From positions 128,001-192,000 of the IMG/VR virus record IMGVR_UViG_3300023218_000040: 64,000 nucleotides of DNA, one strand, 5' to 3'. Made by a program: the position numbers and the translations under genes. The notes beneath the pieces are model-generated. The model did not search any database and was not told the origin of the DNA. It saw only the letters and a program-made list of their open reading frames with translations. This document shows positions 47,602 to 54,880 of this stretch, in pieces. The stretch is from a virus (taxonomy: Duplodnaviria > Caudoviricetes). Numbering within the stretch: the first letter of the stretch is position 1; every line of letters begins with the position of its first letter.

Positions 47602-48309
47602 ATGAAAAAGATCCAAGTGAAAAACGATGCGCTGAATGTTGGTCTACCAAAATGGCCAGCGTTGATTGTTGCTGGAGAAAAAGTCAGCGAGGATTTGGCT
47701 TCGGAGATCTTGATTCGCACAGACTCAAATCTTCCTGATTACGAGTACGTTCTAAATGACACCGACTACGCCAACCAAATCATGTCTCTGTTTGGTATGC
47801 CTTCACGTTTCCGTGGTGCCAAGCGTGATGATTTCATGGCTCATTACGACAAGGTCGATGCTATTCGTAAAAAGCTAGGTATACTCGGATTGGACTATCT
47901 AAAGAATAGCCGCATCGGATCTTCCTACATCGGTGGCCCGCATGGTTGGTGCGATTGGAGCGGAAACATCTTTTGCAACACGTACAATATCGGCAAGTGG
48001 CCAGAGGCCGATACCGTGGCGAATGAGTGGGCTAAAATTGCATCAGTATTCCCTACCCTCAAGCTTCGTTGCCAGCTTTTGGATGCTGAGCAATGCGAGG
48101 ACCATGGTGTACCCGCCGTAGAGTACATGGTTGCAAATGGAAAGGTGATCGTTGACAAGCCAAAGGGACAACTTCTTCCGGTTGTTAATGACATTACAGG
48201 CAATGTGATGGGTATATTCAATCCCAGTCGTGAGCGAGGCATTCCTATCAATACGCTTGAAAATAAGCTGAAGAGTCTCTACGGGAAGATTCCGCAGTAC
48301 AATGACTGA
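47602..48309 (+). CDS. Hypothetical protein
   Basis: 235 aa; contains GPHGWCDW.G motif. Confidence 0.7.
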   Translation: MKKIQVKNDALNVGLPKWPALIVAGEKVSEDLASEILIRTDSNLPDYEYVLNDTDYANQIMSLFGMPSRFRGAKRDDFMAHYDKVDAIRKKLGILGLDYLKNSRIGSSYIGGPHGWCDWSGNIFCNTYNIGKWPEADTVANEWAKIASVFPTLKLRCQLLDAEQCEDHGVPAVEYMVANGKVIVDKPKGQLLPVVNDITGNVMGIFNPSRERGIPINTLENKLKSLYGKIPQYND

Positions 48310-48472
48310 AGGACGAGGCTTTCCGGGCGGCACTCGGTAAAGCCCTATACCGGTCGTAAGAACAAGAAAGGAAGTTCTTGATGTGCGAAGCAACCTTCGG
48401 AAACCATACTGTAATCATGTAGCAAGGAGATCATTACACGAAAGGTTCCAGAAATGAGCGTAGTATGAAGAA

Positions 48473-49072
48473 ATGAATGACCGATTATTAAGTGAAGTCT
48501 TTTTCTCCGTGGATGGAGAATTCGATGGACCATTTCCACCGAACCATTCCATGTTGTCAATTGGCTCTGTAGCGTTCACGTTGTCTGATGGCGTCATCGG
48601 TGAGTTCAGCGTAAATATCAAACCACTTTCTGGAGCTACCATGGACCCCGTAGTCAAGCGGGAGTTCTGGGATAAGCATCCGGAAGCTTTGGCATCCACA
48701 CTGGTCGATCAGCAGTCCCCAAAAGTTGCAATGCAGCAATTCAGGAATTTCTATAACCAGTATGCCAAGCCACGGGAGGGAGTTTTTCTGGAGTATCCTG
48801 GAGCAATCGATTACTTCTGGTGTCATTGGTATTTTCTGAACTTCCTGGGTGAAGATCCCTTCGGACACTCGGGGCAGTTTGGAGTGAAAACATACGCCTC
48901 AGCAGCGCTCAAACGCCCCCTACGCCATTCCACCAAGCGGAACATGCCCAAGCGTTGGTTTGCCTCGAAGTTGCCTCACACACACGTAGCGCTTGATGAC
49001 GCAAGACAACAGGCCCATTTGGCCATTCGAATGATGTGTGATAATCTGGATATCGAGCTACCCCCTCTCTAA
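48473..49072 (+). CDS. DEDD-type 3'-5' exonuclease/exoribonuclease-like protein
   Basis: SVDGEFDGP...SMLSIG, DY, C-terminal HTH.ALDDA. Confidence 0.75.
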   Translation: MNDRLLSEVFFSVDGEFDGPFPPNHSMLSIGSVAFTLSDGVIGEFSVNIKPLSGATMDPVVKREFWDKHPEALASTLVDQQSPKVAMQQFRNFYNQYAKPREGVFLEYPGAIDYFWCHWYFLNFLGEDPFGHSGQFGVKTYASAALKRPLRHSTKRNMPKRWFASKLPHTHVALDDARQQAHLAIRMMCDNLDIELPPL

Positions 49073-49295
49073 ATATCGATATAAACAAGTATGCTGCCAG
49101 ATTGGAACTTAGAAATGGTTTACCCTCATTTGATTTTCTTTCTCTATTACTAGGATGGTTTATGATGGATAAGGAAGAAAGACATTCTTGAAGAAATTGA
49201 TAGACTAGAGAGGGAAGATCAGCCGACACTCAGGTAGAATCCGTTGACATATCGTCGGCACGGGGTTACAATAAAGAAAGCCGAGGGTATAACCA

Positions 49296-49940
49296 ATGGA
49301 TAATGCAGAGCTTCAATATGTAAACGGATTGGGAAGCAAGGAGACCGGATCGCATTTGGACAGGTTCCGTGTGCTCCGTTTGAACGCTGACTTCCGTCCG
49401 ATGTCTTATTATCCGCTGTCCACTTGGAACTGGCAGCAGGTAATGTTTTTGCTCGTCAAGGGCATGAACACTGGTACTCCTCGCATCAAGGTCGTGGAGG
49501 AGTACGATGATGTCTACGTCCGTGGTGCCCACAATAAGTTTCGGCTGCCGTCCGTCGTAGCTCACTTGGACTACGTTCCGCCGCCGACTAGAGTTCCGTA
49601 CACGAAGTTCAACATCTTCCTTCGTGACGACTTTACGTGCCAATATACTGGCGAGCGTTGCCGTCCGAGCGACCTGACGTTCGATCACGTGGTACCCCGT
49701 GCCAAGGGTGGACAGTCAACCTGGAACAACATCGTTGCGGCTCGACGTGATATCAACGAGCTAAAGGACCACATGTCGGCTGCGGAGTTTGCAAAGCGAC
49801 ATGGATACCATCTGATTCGTAAGCCATACGAACCATCGTACCATGAGCTTCAAAACAAGGGGCGCAAGTACCCACCGCAATACCTGCATGATTCCTGGGA
49901 AGATTATCTTTACTGGAGTTCTGAACTAGAACAGGGTTAA
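49296..49940 (+). CDS. HNH endonuclease (bacterial HNH_5/McrA-like family)
   Basis: VL.LNAD..P...W, LPSV, RD.FTCQY.G, LTFDHVVPR.KGG..TW.NIVA. Confidence 0.85.
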   Translation: MDNAELQYVNGLGSKETGSHLDRFRVLRLNADFRPMSYYPLSTWNWQQVMFLLVKGMNTGTPRIKVVEEYDDVYVRGAHNKFRLPSVVAHLDYVPPPTRVPYTKFNIFLRDDFTCQYTGERCRPSDLTFDHVVPRAKGGQSTWNNIVAARRDINELKDHMSAAEFAKRHGYHLIRKPYEPSYHELQNKGRKYPPQYLHDSWEDYLYWSSELEQG

Positions 49941-49961
49941 AGTGATTGAAGGTTAAAACCT

Positions 49962-50363
49962 ATGACACCGAGGTTCGCAAGAGATGTAAGGAGAGCACTA
50001 CCGAAACTCTTGGTGGTGCTTTTCTTTATTGGTATAGTCTCTTTGTTCTGGAAGATCGCTTACGGTGGCGGTCTAACTATTGGACCGCTTTTTCCGAAAG
50101 AAGAGCCTGTAGCTGAGGTTGTACCGGTAGAACCACAACTAGAATGGATGGTGGTCAATGCCAACAACACTTTGGTGTGGCCATTCAAGAGAGGAACTTG
50201 TCAGAAGAACAAGGCGCACTCTCAGTGGCACAAAGGAGAAGTGGTTTTGGTAATCAGTCGCCAGGATAACTACATCGAAGTCGAATCAGATAAAGACCGT
50301 GGCCCGCTGAGCCGTGGTTGTATCAACGAGAAGCTACTGGACCCTTACCATAATAAGGATTGA
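49962..50363 (+). CDS. Membrane-anchored protein with possible SH3-like domain
   Basis: N-terminal TM helix; GEVV.VI..QD.YIEV...G.I..K.L. Confidence 0.55.
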   Translation: MTPRFARDVRRALPKLLVVLFFIGIVSLFWKIAYGGGLTIGPLFPKEEPVAEVVPVEPQLEWMVVNANNTLVWPFKRGTCQKNKAHSQWHKGEVVLVISRQDNYIEVESDKDRGPLSRGCINEKLLDPYHNKD

Positions 50364-50515
50364 AATTTTCTCCATAAACATTTTAAAGTTTGGTACTGCC
50401 GGATCGGCAGGAAATAACGCCTTTGGAGAGGACATAAGACCAAAGAAATCTAATAATTTCGGAGGCATCCTCGTTGAATTAGGAAGCTCCGCCCTTTAAG
50501 GGCGGGGTAGATCAC
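50364..50515 (+). mobile_element. Orphan right end of an IS200/IS605 (TnpB) element: TnpB C-terminal remnant and omega-RNA-like scaffold
   Basis: Reads INILKFGTAGSAGNNAFGE...LVELGSSAL* (TnpB C-terminus-like); subterminal hairpin CTCCGCCCT-TTA-AGGGCGGGG (50487-50507) then TAGA-TCAC end; no tnpA/tnpB ORF or left end seen. Confidence 0.7.
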
Positions 50516-50742
50516 GACGGATTTGTTAGGCGCTCGTACAACTCAGGATCTATTTCTTTGACTTTATCCAAGAAGTTTATGAGTTCTCCAGCGCTGTAGA
50601 AAACTTCGGTTTTGTCTTGGGTACGGAAGGCCAACACGGTTTTCTTTCGAATACCACGAAAAGTCACAGGTTTTTGTCCGTTGAGTTCACGAATGTGATC
50701 AACGGTGTCTATTAAAGTATCGTTTGAATATTTGGTGCTCAT
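50512..50742 (-). CDS. Hypothetical protein
   Basis: GGAG upstream; its TGA stop is the complement of the element's TCA(C) end. Confidence 0.55.
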   Translation of the reverse strand: MSTKYSNDTLIDTVDHIRELNGQKPVTFRGIRKKTVLAFRTQDKTEVFYSAGELINFLDKVKEIDPELYERLTNPS

Positions 50743-50865
50743 GAGGATCTGTCTCTCCAGATTGTCACGCCCGCTAATTTAATACTGTTGCTTGTCTGTC
50801 AAATCTCTACGGATAGGACGACAGACTCATACTGGTCACGTTGACGTTTAGACCGCTGCTCGTTT

Positions 50866-50950
50866 TGGTGCCCCTGGAGGGAGTCGAACCCCCATGCCTT
50901 TCGGCGGCGGCTTTTGAGACCGCTGTGTCTGCCAATTCCACCACAAGGGC
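50866..50950 (-). tRNA. tRNA-Leu(CAA)
   Basis: GCCCTTG...GCGGT-CTCAAAA-GCCGC, long variable arm, GGTTCGACTCC, encoded CCA. Confidence 0.95.
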
Positions 50951-51072
50951 ATTCAATTAGATTGTCCTACACAATCGTCCTTTACAACCTCGGACCTTTT
51001 CAGGTATCCATACCATCTATCGGCTAAAGCTACGCTACCCATCGGATCTCTCCTATGGACGTAGCAATCGAT

Positions 51073-51158
51073 TGGTGCGGATGAAAGGACTCGAACCTTC
51101 ACGGGGTTTCCCCCACTAGCCCCTCAAGCTAGCGTGTCTACCATTTCACCACATCCGC
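51073..51158 (-). tRNA. tRNA-Leu(GAG)
   Basis: GCGGATG...CTAGC-TTGAGGG-GCTAG, long variable arm, GGTTCGAGTCC, encoded CCA; TAAATA 10 nt upstream. Confidence 0.95.
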
Positions 51159-51330
51159 ATGGTTTAGTATTTATCATAGTAGCATCATTAACTTCTAAAT
51201 TCAAGAGCCTGTTTCAGAATAGCAATAGACTTCTCGTATCTCCTGAGCAATTCTATCCGGTGCTCCCAGTCGCATGTTGTCTGTCATCTTTACCGTAAGT
51301 CTTCCCTAGTTTCTTCGAAGATGAGAATGG

Positions 51331-51681
51331 TTATGCCCTTGTTGATAGTGTTGATCTAGTTTCAGATGAAGCAGCATCGGTGTCGGCGTATGCATCAGCA
51401 GCACGTTGCTGCTCTGCGTTTACTTTCTGAGCACGTTGTTGCTGTTGACGACCCATCTGTGTTAACTGCTGATTACGCTGACGAAGCACACCAATCATCT
51501 GAGCACGACGATCTACAGGAAGAATTTGACTTAGAACTTGCATCATGCGATTGTTGAAATCGATATCTCCATTTACCAACTTCATCATTTGATCGTGCGT
51601 AGCCGTATCAAACGTCTCGCCTTGCTCTTTCAGCTTGCGCTTCTCGGGATAGCTGGTTTCGTAGATGACTTTCTTGCTCAT
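51331..51681 (-). CDS. Gln-rich coiled-coil hypothetical late protein
   Basis: TAAATA 5 nt before ATG; QQQQ-rich C-terminal half. Confidence 0.65.
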   Translation of the reverse strand: MSKKVIYETSYPEKRKLKEQGETFDTATHDQMMKLVNGDIDFNNRMMQVLSQILPVDRRAQMIGVLRQRNQQLTQMGRQQQQRAQKVNAEQQRAADAYADTDAASSETRSTLSTRA

Positions 51682-51689
51682 ACAAGTAT

Positions 51690-51863
51690 TTATTCGTCAG
51701 CTTCTACTTCCACCACGACGCCTGCCGGAAGATCCAAAACTTCCTGTAGAGTAGCGTCTATTAGCTGAAGGTGTTCAGCACTCAAAGTTCCTTCTACATC
51801 CTCATTATTTCTCACCAGACGACTAAACTTCACCGTCACTCTTTCTTCCACAATCTTTGCCAT
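51690..51863 (-). CDS. 57-aa hypothetical protein not in the ORF track
   Basis: GAGGA RBS; MAKIVEERVTVKFSRLVRNNEDVEGTLSAEHLQLIDATLQEVLDLPAGVVVEVEADE. Confidence 0.7.
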   Translation of the reverse strand: MAKIVEERVTVKFSRLVRNNEDVEGTLSAEHLQLIDATLQEVLDLPAGVVVEVEADE

Positions 51864-51891
51864 GATGATTCCTCATTAAACAACAAGAATT

Positions 51892-52411
51892 CCTAGTAGA
51901 AATTGCTTGACATTTGCTTTTTACGCTGTATAATGTGTACCGTTGAGTTAGAGAAAGCAAGAGGAATTCGTAATGAGCAACACCCTTACTCGCAACGATG
52001 TCCTTGACCTGATTGGTGACGGCACCTTCTTCAGTGTCGAGTTCACCAAGCGTCCGAAGCCCCTTGGCAAGCGTGCCCTTGCCCGAGGCGAGGTCCAGCC
52101 GACCGAGGGTGAGTACCGGGTCTATCCTACGTGTCGCACGGGCGTCAAGAAGTACGTTACAGGCGTCGGCAAGAAGTTCGATGATGGCGACAAGAACATC
52201 GTCACGGTGTTCGTGTTCAAGGAGGGCATCAAGGTCGATGACCGTACCGAGATGACCGCCGAGACCGGTGCCTACCGCTCCATCCCCTGCGAGAACGTGA
52301 AGGTTCTCAGGACGCACAGCAAGACCTTCGAGGTCGTGGACGGTTCCCTAGTAGAAATTGCTTGACATTTGCTTTTTACGCTGTATAATGTGTACCGTTG
52401 AGTTAGAGAAA
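51892..52411 (+). repeat. 65-bp perfect direct repeat carrying a sigma70 promoter (51892-51956 and 52347-52411)
   Basis: CCTAGTAGAAATTGC-TTGACA-16 nt-TATAAT-GTGTACCGTTGAGTTAGAGAAA, continuing with one mismatch into CAAGAGGAA RBS. Confidence 0.95.
51973..52365 (+). CDS. Hypothetical early protein
   Basis: GAGGA RBS; last codons (SLVEIA*) come from repeat copy 2. Confidence 0.75.
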   Translation: MSNTLTRNDVLDLIGDGTFFSVEFTKRPKPLGKRALARGEVQPTEGEYRVYPTCRTGVKKYVTGVGKKFDDGDKNIVTVFVFKEGIKVDDRTEMTAETGAYRSIPCENVKVLRTHSKTFEVVDGSLVEIA

Positions 52412-52427
52412 ACAAGAGGAAGATGAA

Positions 52428-52703
52428 ATGAACAAGTCCAAAGAGCTTTACATCGAGCCCGGTGCCAAGAATGGCTGGTTCGAGCCCAGACTGTCCAAGA
52501 AGGGGCAGTCCGGTATTGTCACGACCATCAGCTATCAGGGTCTCGTAGACATTTTGAAGGAGGCTGGTGTCATCGGTAGCGACCAAGAGGCAGAGCGCCT
52601 CCGCATCACCCAGCAGGGCATCGATGTGTTCCTGGATGGCCCTCCACGCACCGTGGGTGAAGCCATAACCCAGCGCACTCGTAATCGAGAGTTCCGGCGA
52701 TGA
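52428..52703 (+). CDS. Hypothetical early protein
   Basis: GAGGA RBS after repeat copy 2. Confidence 0.7.
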   Translation: MNKSKELYIEPGAKNGWFEPRLSKKGQSGIVTTISYQGLVDILKEAGVIGSDQEAERLRITQQGIDVFLDGPPRTVGEAITQRTRNREFRR

Positions 52704-52791
52704 GCGACAAGACCATCCTTCTGGAGCCGAACGAGCGAGATAACTGACTCTATCCTCGCAAAGATATTCGGCAGAATATGGACTAAATCTA

Positions 52792-52820
52792 TTGACTTCC
52801 AATTCAAGGAGTGATAAATA
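52792..52820 (+). promoter_or_regulatory. Promoter of the atypical tRNA(GUA)
   Basis: TTGACT-17 nt-TAAATA, 12 nt before the RNA 5' end. Confidence 0.65.
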
Positions 52821-52832
52821 TACAAAACACAT

Positions 52833-52921
52833 GGGTGTTTTTCCCCACTCTGGTCTGTAAAACCAGCGTCAAAAAACCGTGGGGTGGTAGACGGGAGGTT
52901 CGATTCCTTGAACACCCACCA
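52833..52921 (+). tRNA. Atypical D-armless tRNA-like RNA with GUA (Tyr) anticodon, 8/4 acceptor/T geometry
   Basis: GGGTGTTT/GAACACCC + A-CCA; anticodon arm CTGGT-CTGTAAA-ACCAG; variable stem CGTC/GACG; T loop TTCGATT; only 9 nt between acceptor and anticodon stems. Confidence 0.75.
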
Positions 52922-52924
52922 AAT

Positions 52925-52950
52925 AAAAAGGCTCCTTCGGGAGCCTTTTT
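52925..52950 (+). terminator. Rho-independent terminator
   Basis: AAAAAGGCTCC-TTCG-GGAGCCTTTTT. Confidence 0.9.
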
Positions 52951-53032
52951 CATTTGTGACACAGTTCACAGACATTTCCTGAAGAATAGTGTAGGATACA
53001 TCTATCGACCCAACAACCATGAGGAGATAGAG

Positions 53033-53260
53033 ATGTACAAGGACGCTTACGCAATTCTGGAGGAGGAGTCGCCGTGCGACACGTGCGAGAACTTCATGCA
53101 GTGCCGTTACGAGCCGCTCGCCTGCAAGGACTTCCTGGACTACACGAACGACGGCAAACTGGTCCGCTACGACGACGAGGGCAACGAGATCGAGGGCAAC
53201 AAGGAGCCGAAGCGACGCTACTACAAAGTGCTCTTCCCGAATGACCAGATCACCGCCTGA
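53033..53260 (+). CDS. Small Cys-containing hypothetical protein
   Basis: GAGGAG RBS; PCDTC....QC......C..F..Y. Confidence 0.65.
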   Translation: MYKDAYAILEEESPCDTCENFMQCRYEPLACKDFLDYTNDGKLVRYDDEGNEIEGNKEPKRRYYKVLFPNDQITA

Positions 53261-53266
53261 AAACAC

Positions 53267-53295
53267 TTGACAAACGGGATAGAGGAGAGTATAGT
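53267..53295 (+). promoter_or_regulatory. Sigma70-type promoter upstream of an ORF-free structured region
   Basis: TTGACA-17 nt-TATAGT. Confidence 0.7.
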
Positions 53296-53301
53296 ACACA
53301 C

Positions 53302-53936
53302 CATAGCAGAGAATACTATACAAAGAACCACGGATTCACAGGGATTAATAGGGTTGCGTTCGAATAATACACGCACCCGGCGACCTGGGGTAACGTCGCC
53401 ATTCAAAGACCCCCTTGACATTTGGGTGGCTCTACGGACCTACCCGGCGACCTGAGCACGTCGCCTGACGAATAAAAGGCTCCCCGAATTTTTGAATTCG
53501 GTGGCATCTTCGACTGAGACGGTACCGTGATACAGCACGGGGAAAGTGGAGAATAACTGTACGCCAACGTAGTCGAACCTCTGCCACCGACTTACAATCG
53601 GAGACGTACATCGTTTCCGGGCGACCTCGGCAAGTCGCCTGACGAAAAAACTGCCCTTTGAACACGGTCTTTTGTTTCTGGATTCGCCCATGGGATGACC
53701 GGGAAATCATAACCGGGTGTTAGCGAGCCTTGGGAAGAGACATCGAATGTAATGGAGTCCGACTAGCCATACAGTGTCGGTGACAGGCTGGAAAGACAGC
53801 GGTTTGAGACAAGTCGGGCCAAGAGCGGCCAACCTGACAGCCGGTGTGAGTCCGGGCAGCCCGACGACTTGAATTGCAGGGTGCCGCACCTGGGAACAGG
53901 TGGCCGCTGGAGGCTCGATCCCTCAACTCTGCTCCA
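53302..53936 (+). ncRNA. Candidate large structured ncRNA (~630 nt) ending in a tRNA-like domain with CCA
   Basis: No credible ORF; three GGCGAC/GTCGCC hairpins; nested stems 53498-53506/53582-53590 and 53509-53515/53571-53577; 3' stem GCAGGGT/ACTCTGC + T-CCA. Confidence 0.6.
53379..53646 (+). repeat. Three GGCGAC-N8-10-GTCGCC hairpin repeats (53379-53400, 53446-53465, 53620-53639); last two followed by TGACGAA
   Basis: Direct inspection. Confidence 0.85.
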
Positions 53937-53965
53937 ATCAACGCCAAATTCGGAGATAAGACCTA

Positions 53966-54295
53966 ATGGCAACAAAGACAACCAAACTGGCTGGACCCGA
54001 TAGCAAAGGCAACTACAAGGTGCTCTCGGTCACCAATCATCTCGGCGTGAAGCCCGGTGAGGTTTACACCGAACGCTATGTTCGAAACCACATCATGCAC
54101 TCCAACGGTCCCAACGTGACCATCGTCCAGCCGAAGTACGAGGGCATGGTCGAGAAGCAGCGGAAGTGCTTCACGGATAAGCCCGTCAACCATGACTTCT
54201 GGTCGAGCCCATTCGCTGAGGAAGTAGATGGCAGCCAAGAGAGTCTGGATGCAGCTTACGCAAAGTTCGCTGCTTTTCTGAAAGAAAATTCTTGA
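53966..54295 (+). CDS. Hypothetical protein
   Basis: GGAG RBS; C-ending codons like other early genes. Confidence 0.7.
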   Translation: MATKTTKLAGPDSKGNYKVLSVTNHLGVKPGEVYTERYVRNHIMHSNGPNVTIVQPKYEGMVEKQRKCFTDKPVNHDFWSSPFAEEVDGSQESLDAAYAKFAAFLKENS

Positions 54296-54326
54296 TAAAA
54301 AGAAGATATCTTGATAGGATGTCAGT

Positions 54327-54656
54327 ATGATTCTAGTATTCACCATCGCCAACGGACGGACTCGCATTATCACTGGTGTGACGAATTTCTATGCGTTTGG
54401 TGATACTTTCGTCTTCAACCGTGAGGGTCAGAAGCAGCCCGTCAATGTACCGAACAACTACAATTTCGGTCTTGCGCTGGATATTTCATTTTTACTGAAG
54501 CGGTACTCAGCGATCTACGCCATTTGTGGTTTGGACGATTGCAACAAGTTTGGTGTTGGGAATGGTTTGATCAAGTGGATCGCTTGGGGTGGTGAATTCA
54601 TCGCAGGCATGACCGAGGATGAGGCACACAAGTTCCTCAAGGAGAACCCGTTATGA
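54327..54656 (+). CDS. Hypothetical protein
   Basis: AGGA RBS. Confidence 0.55.
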   Translation: MILVFTIANGRTRIITGVTNFYAFGDTFVFNREGQKQPVNVPNNYNFGLALDISFLLKRYSAIYAICGLDDCNKFGVGNGLIKWIAWGGEFIAGMTEDEAHKFLKENPL

Positions 54657-54880
54657 ACGTGACAACGACCGCTGAGGAGACATTCACCCTTGAGGACAGC
54701 CAGGACATGGCGCTTATGGTCTACCGTCGATTCGGCTACGATCTGTGCGCCGCCACGGCTGCCTGGAGGCGCATGCTTCAGAACAATGCCACTCGTGGGG
54801 ATTATCTGGATCTCCTAATCGGTGCTGCGGCTCGTCAACCGGCAAATCGTGACATCGCTTCTATTCTCAGAAAGGATTAA
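54653..54880 (+). CDS. Hypothetical protein
   Basis: AAGGAG RBS, ATGA overlap. Confidence 0.65.
   Translation: MNVTTTAEETFTLEDSQDMALMVYRRFGYDLCAATAAWRRMLQNNATRGDYLDLLIGAAARQPANRDIASILRKD

Noticed and set aside
49070-49250. Protein-like fragments after TAAATA (WIRKKDILEEIDRLER), and similar ones at 47400-47600 and 51180-51330
   Set aside because: Broken by stops, no start or RBS and no recognisable family; cannot distinguish pseudogene from chance
49296-49940. HNH lacking two Zn-ligand Cys (CQYTG, ARRDIN) as a novel feature
   Set aside because: The DH and N catalytic residues remain, and loss of the structural Zn site is not unusual enough to call without an alignment
50314-50499. 61-aa track ORF as an independent gene
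   Set aside because: It overlaps the upstream gene, and its 3' part is better explained as the TnpB C-terminal remnant
52833-52921. tRNA-Sec assignment
   Set aside because: The 8-bp acceptor is Sec-like, but the anticodon is GUA not UCA, the T stem is 4 bp and the D arm is absent
53379-53650. CRISPR array or hammerhead ribozyme reading of the GGCGAC repeats (CTGACGA resembles the hammerhead core)
   Set aside because: Repeats are short with irregular spacing (67 and 174 nt) and no cas genes; no stem II followed by GAAA could be built after CTGACGA
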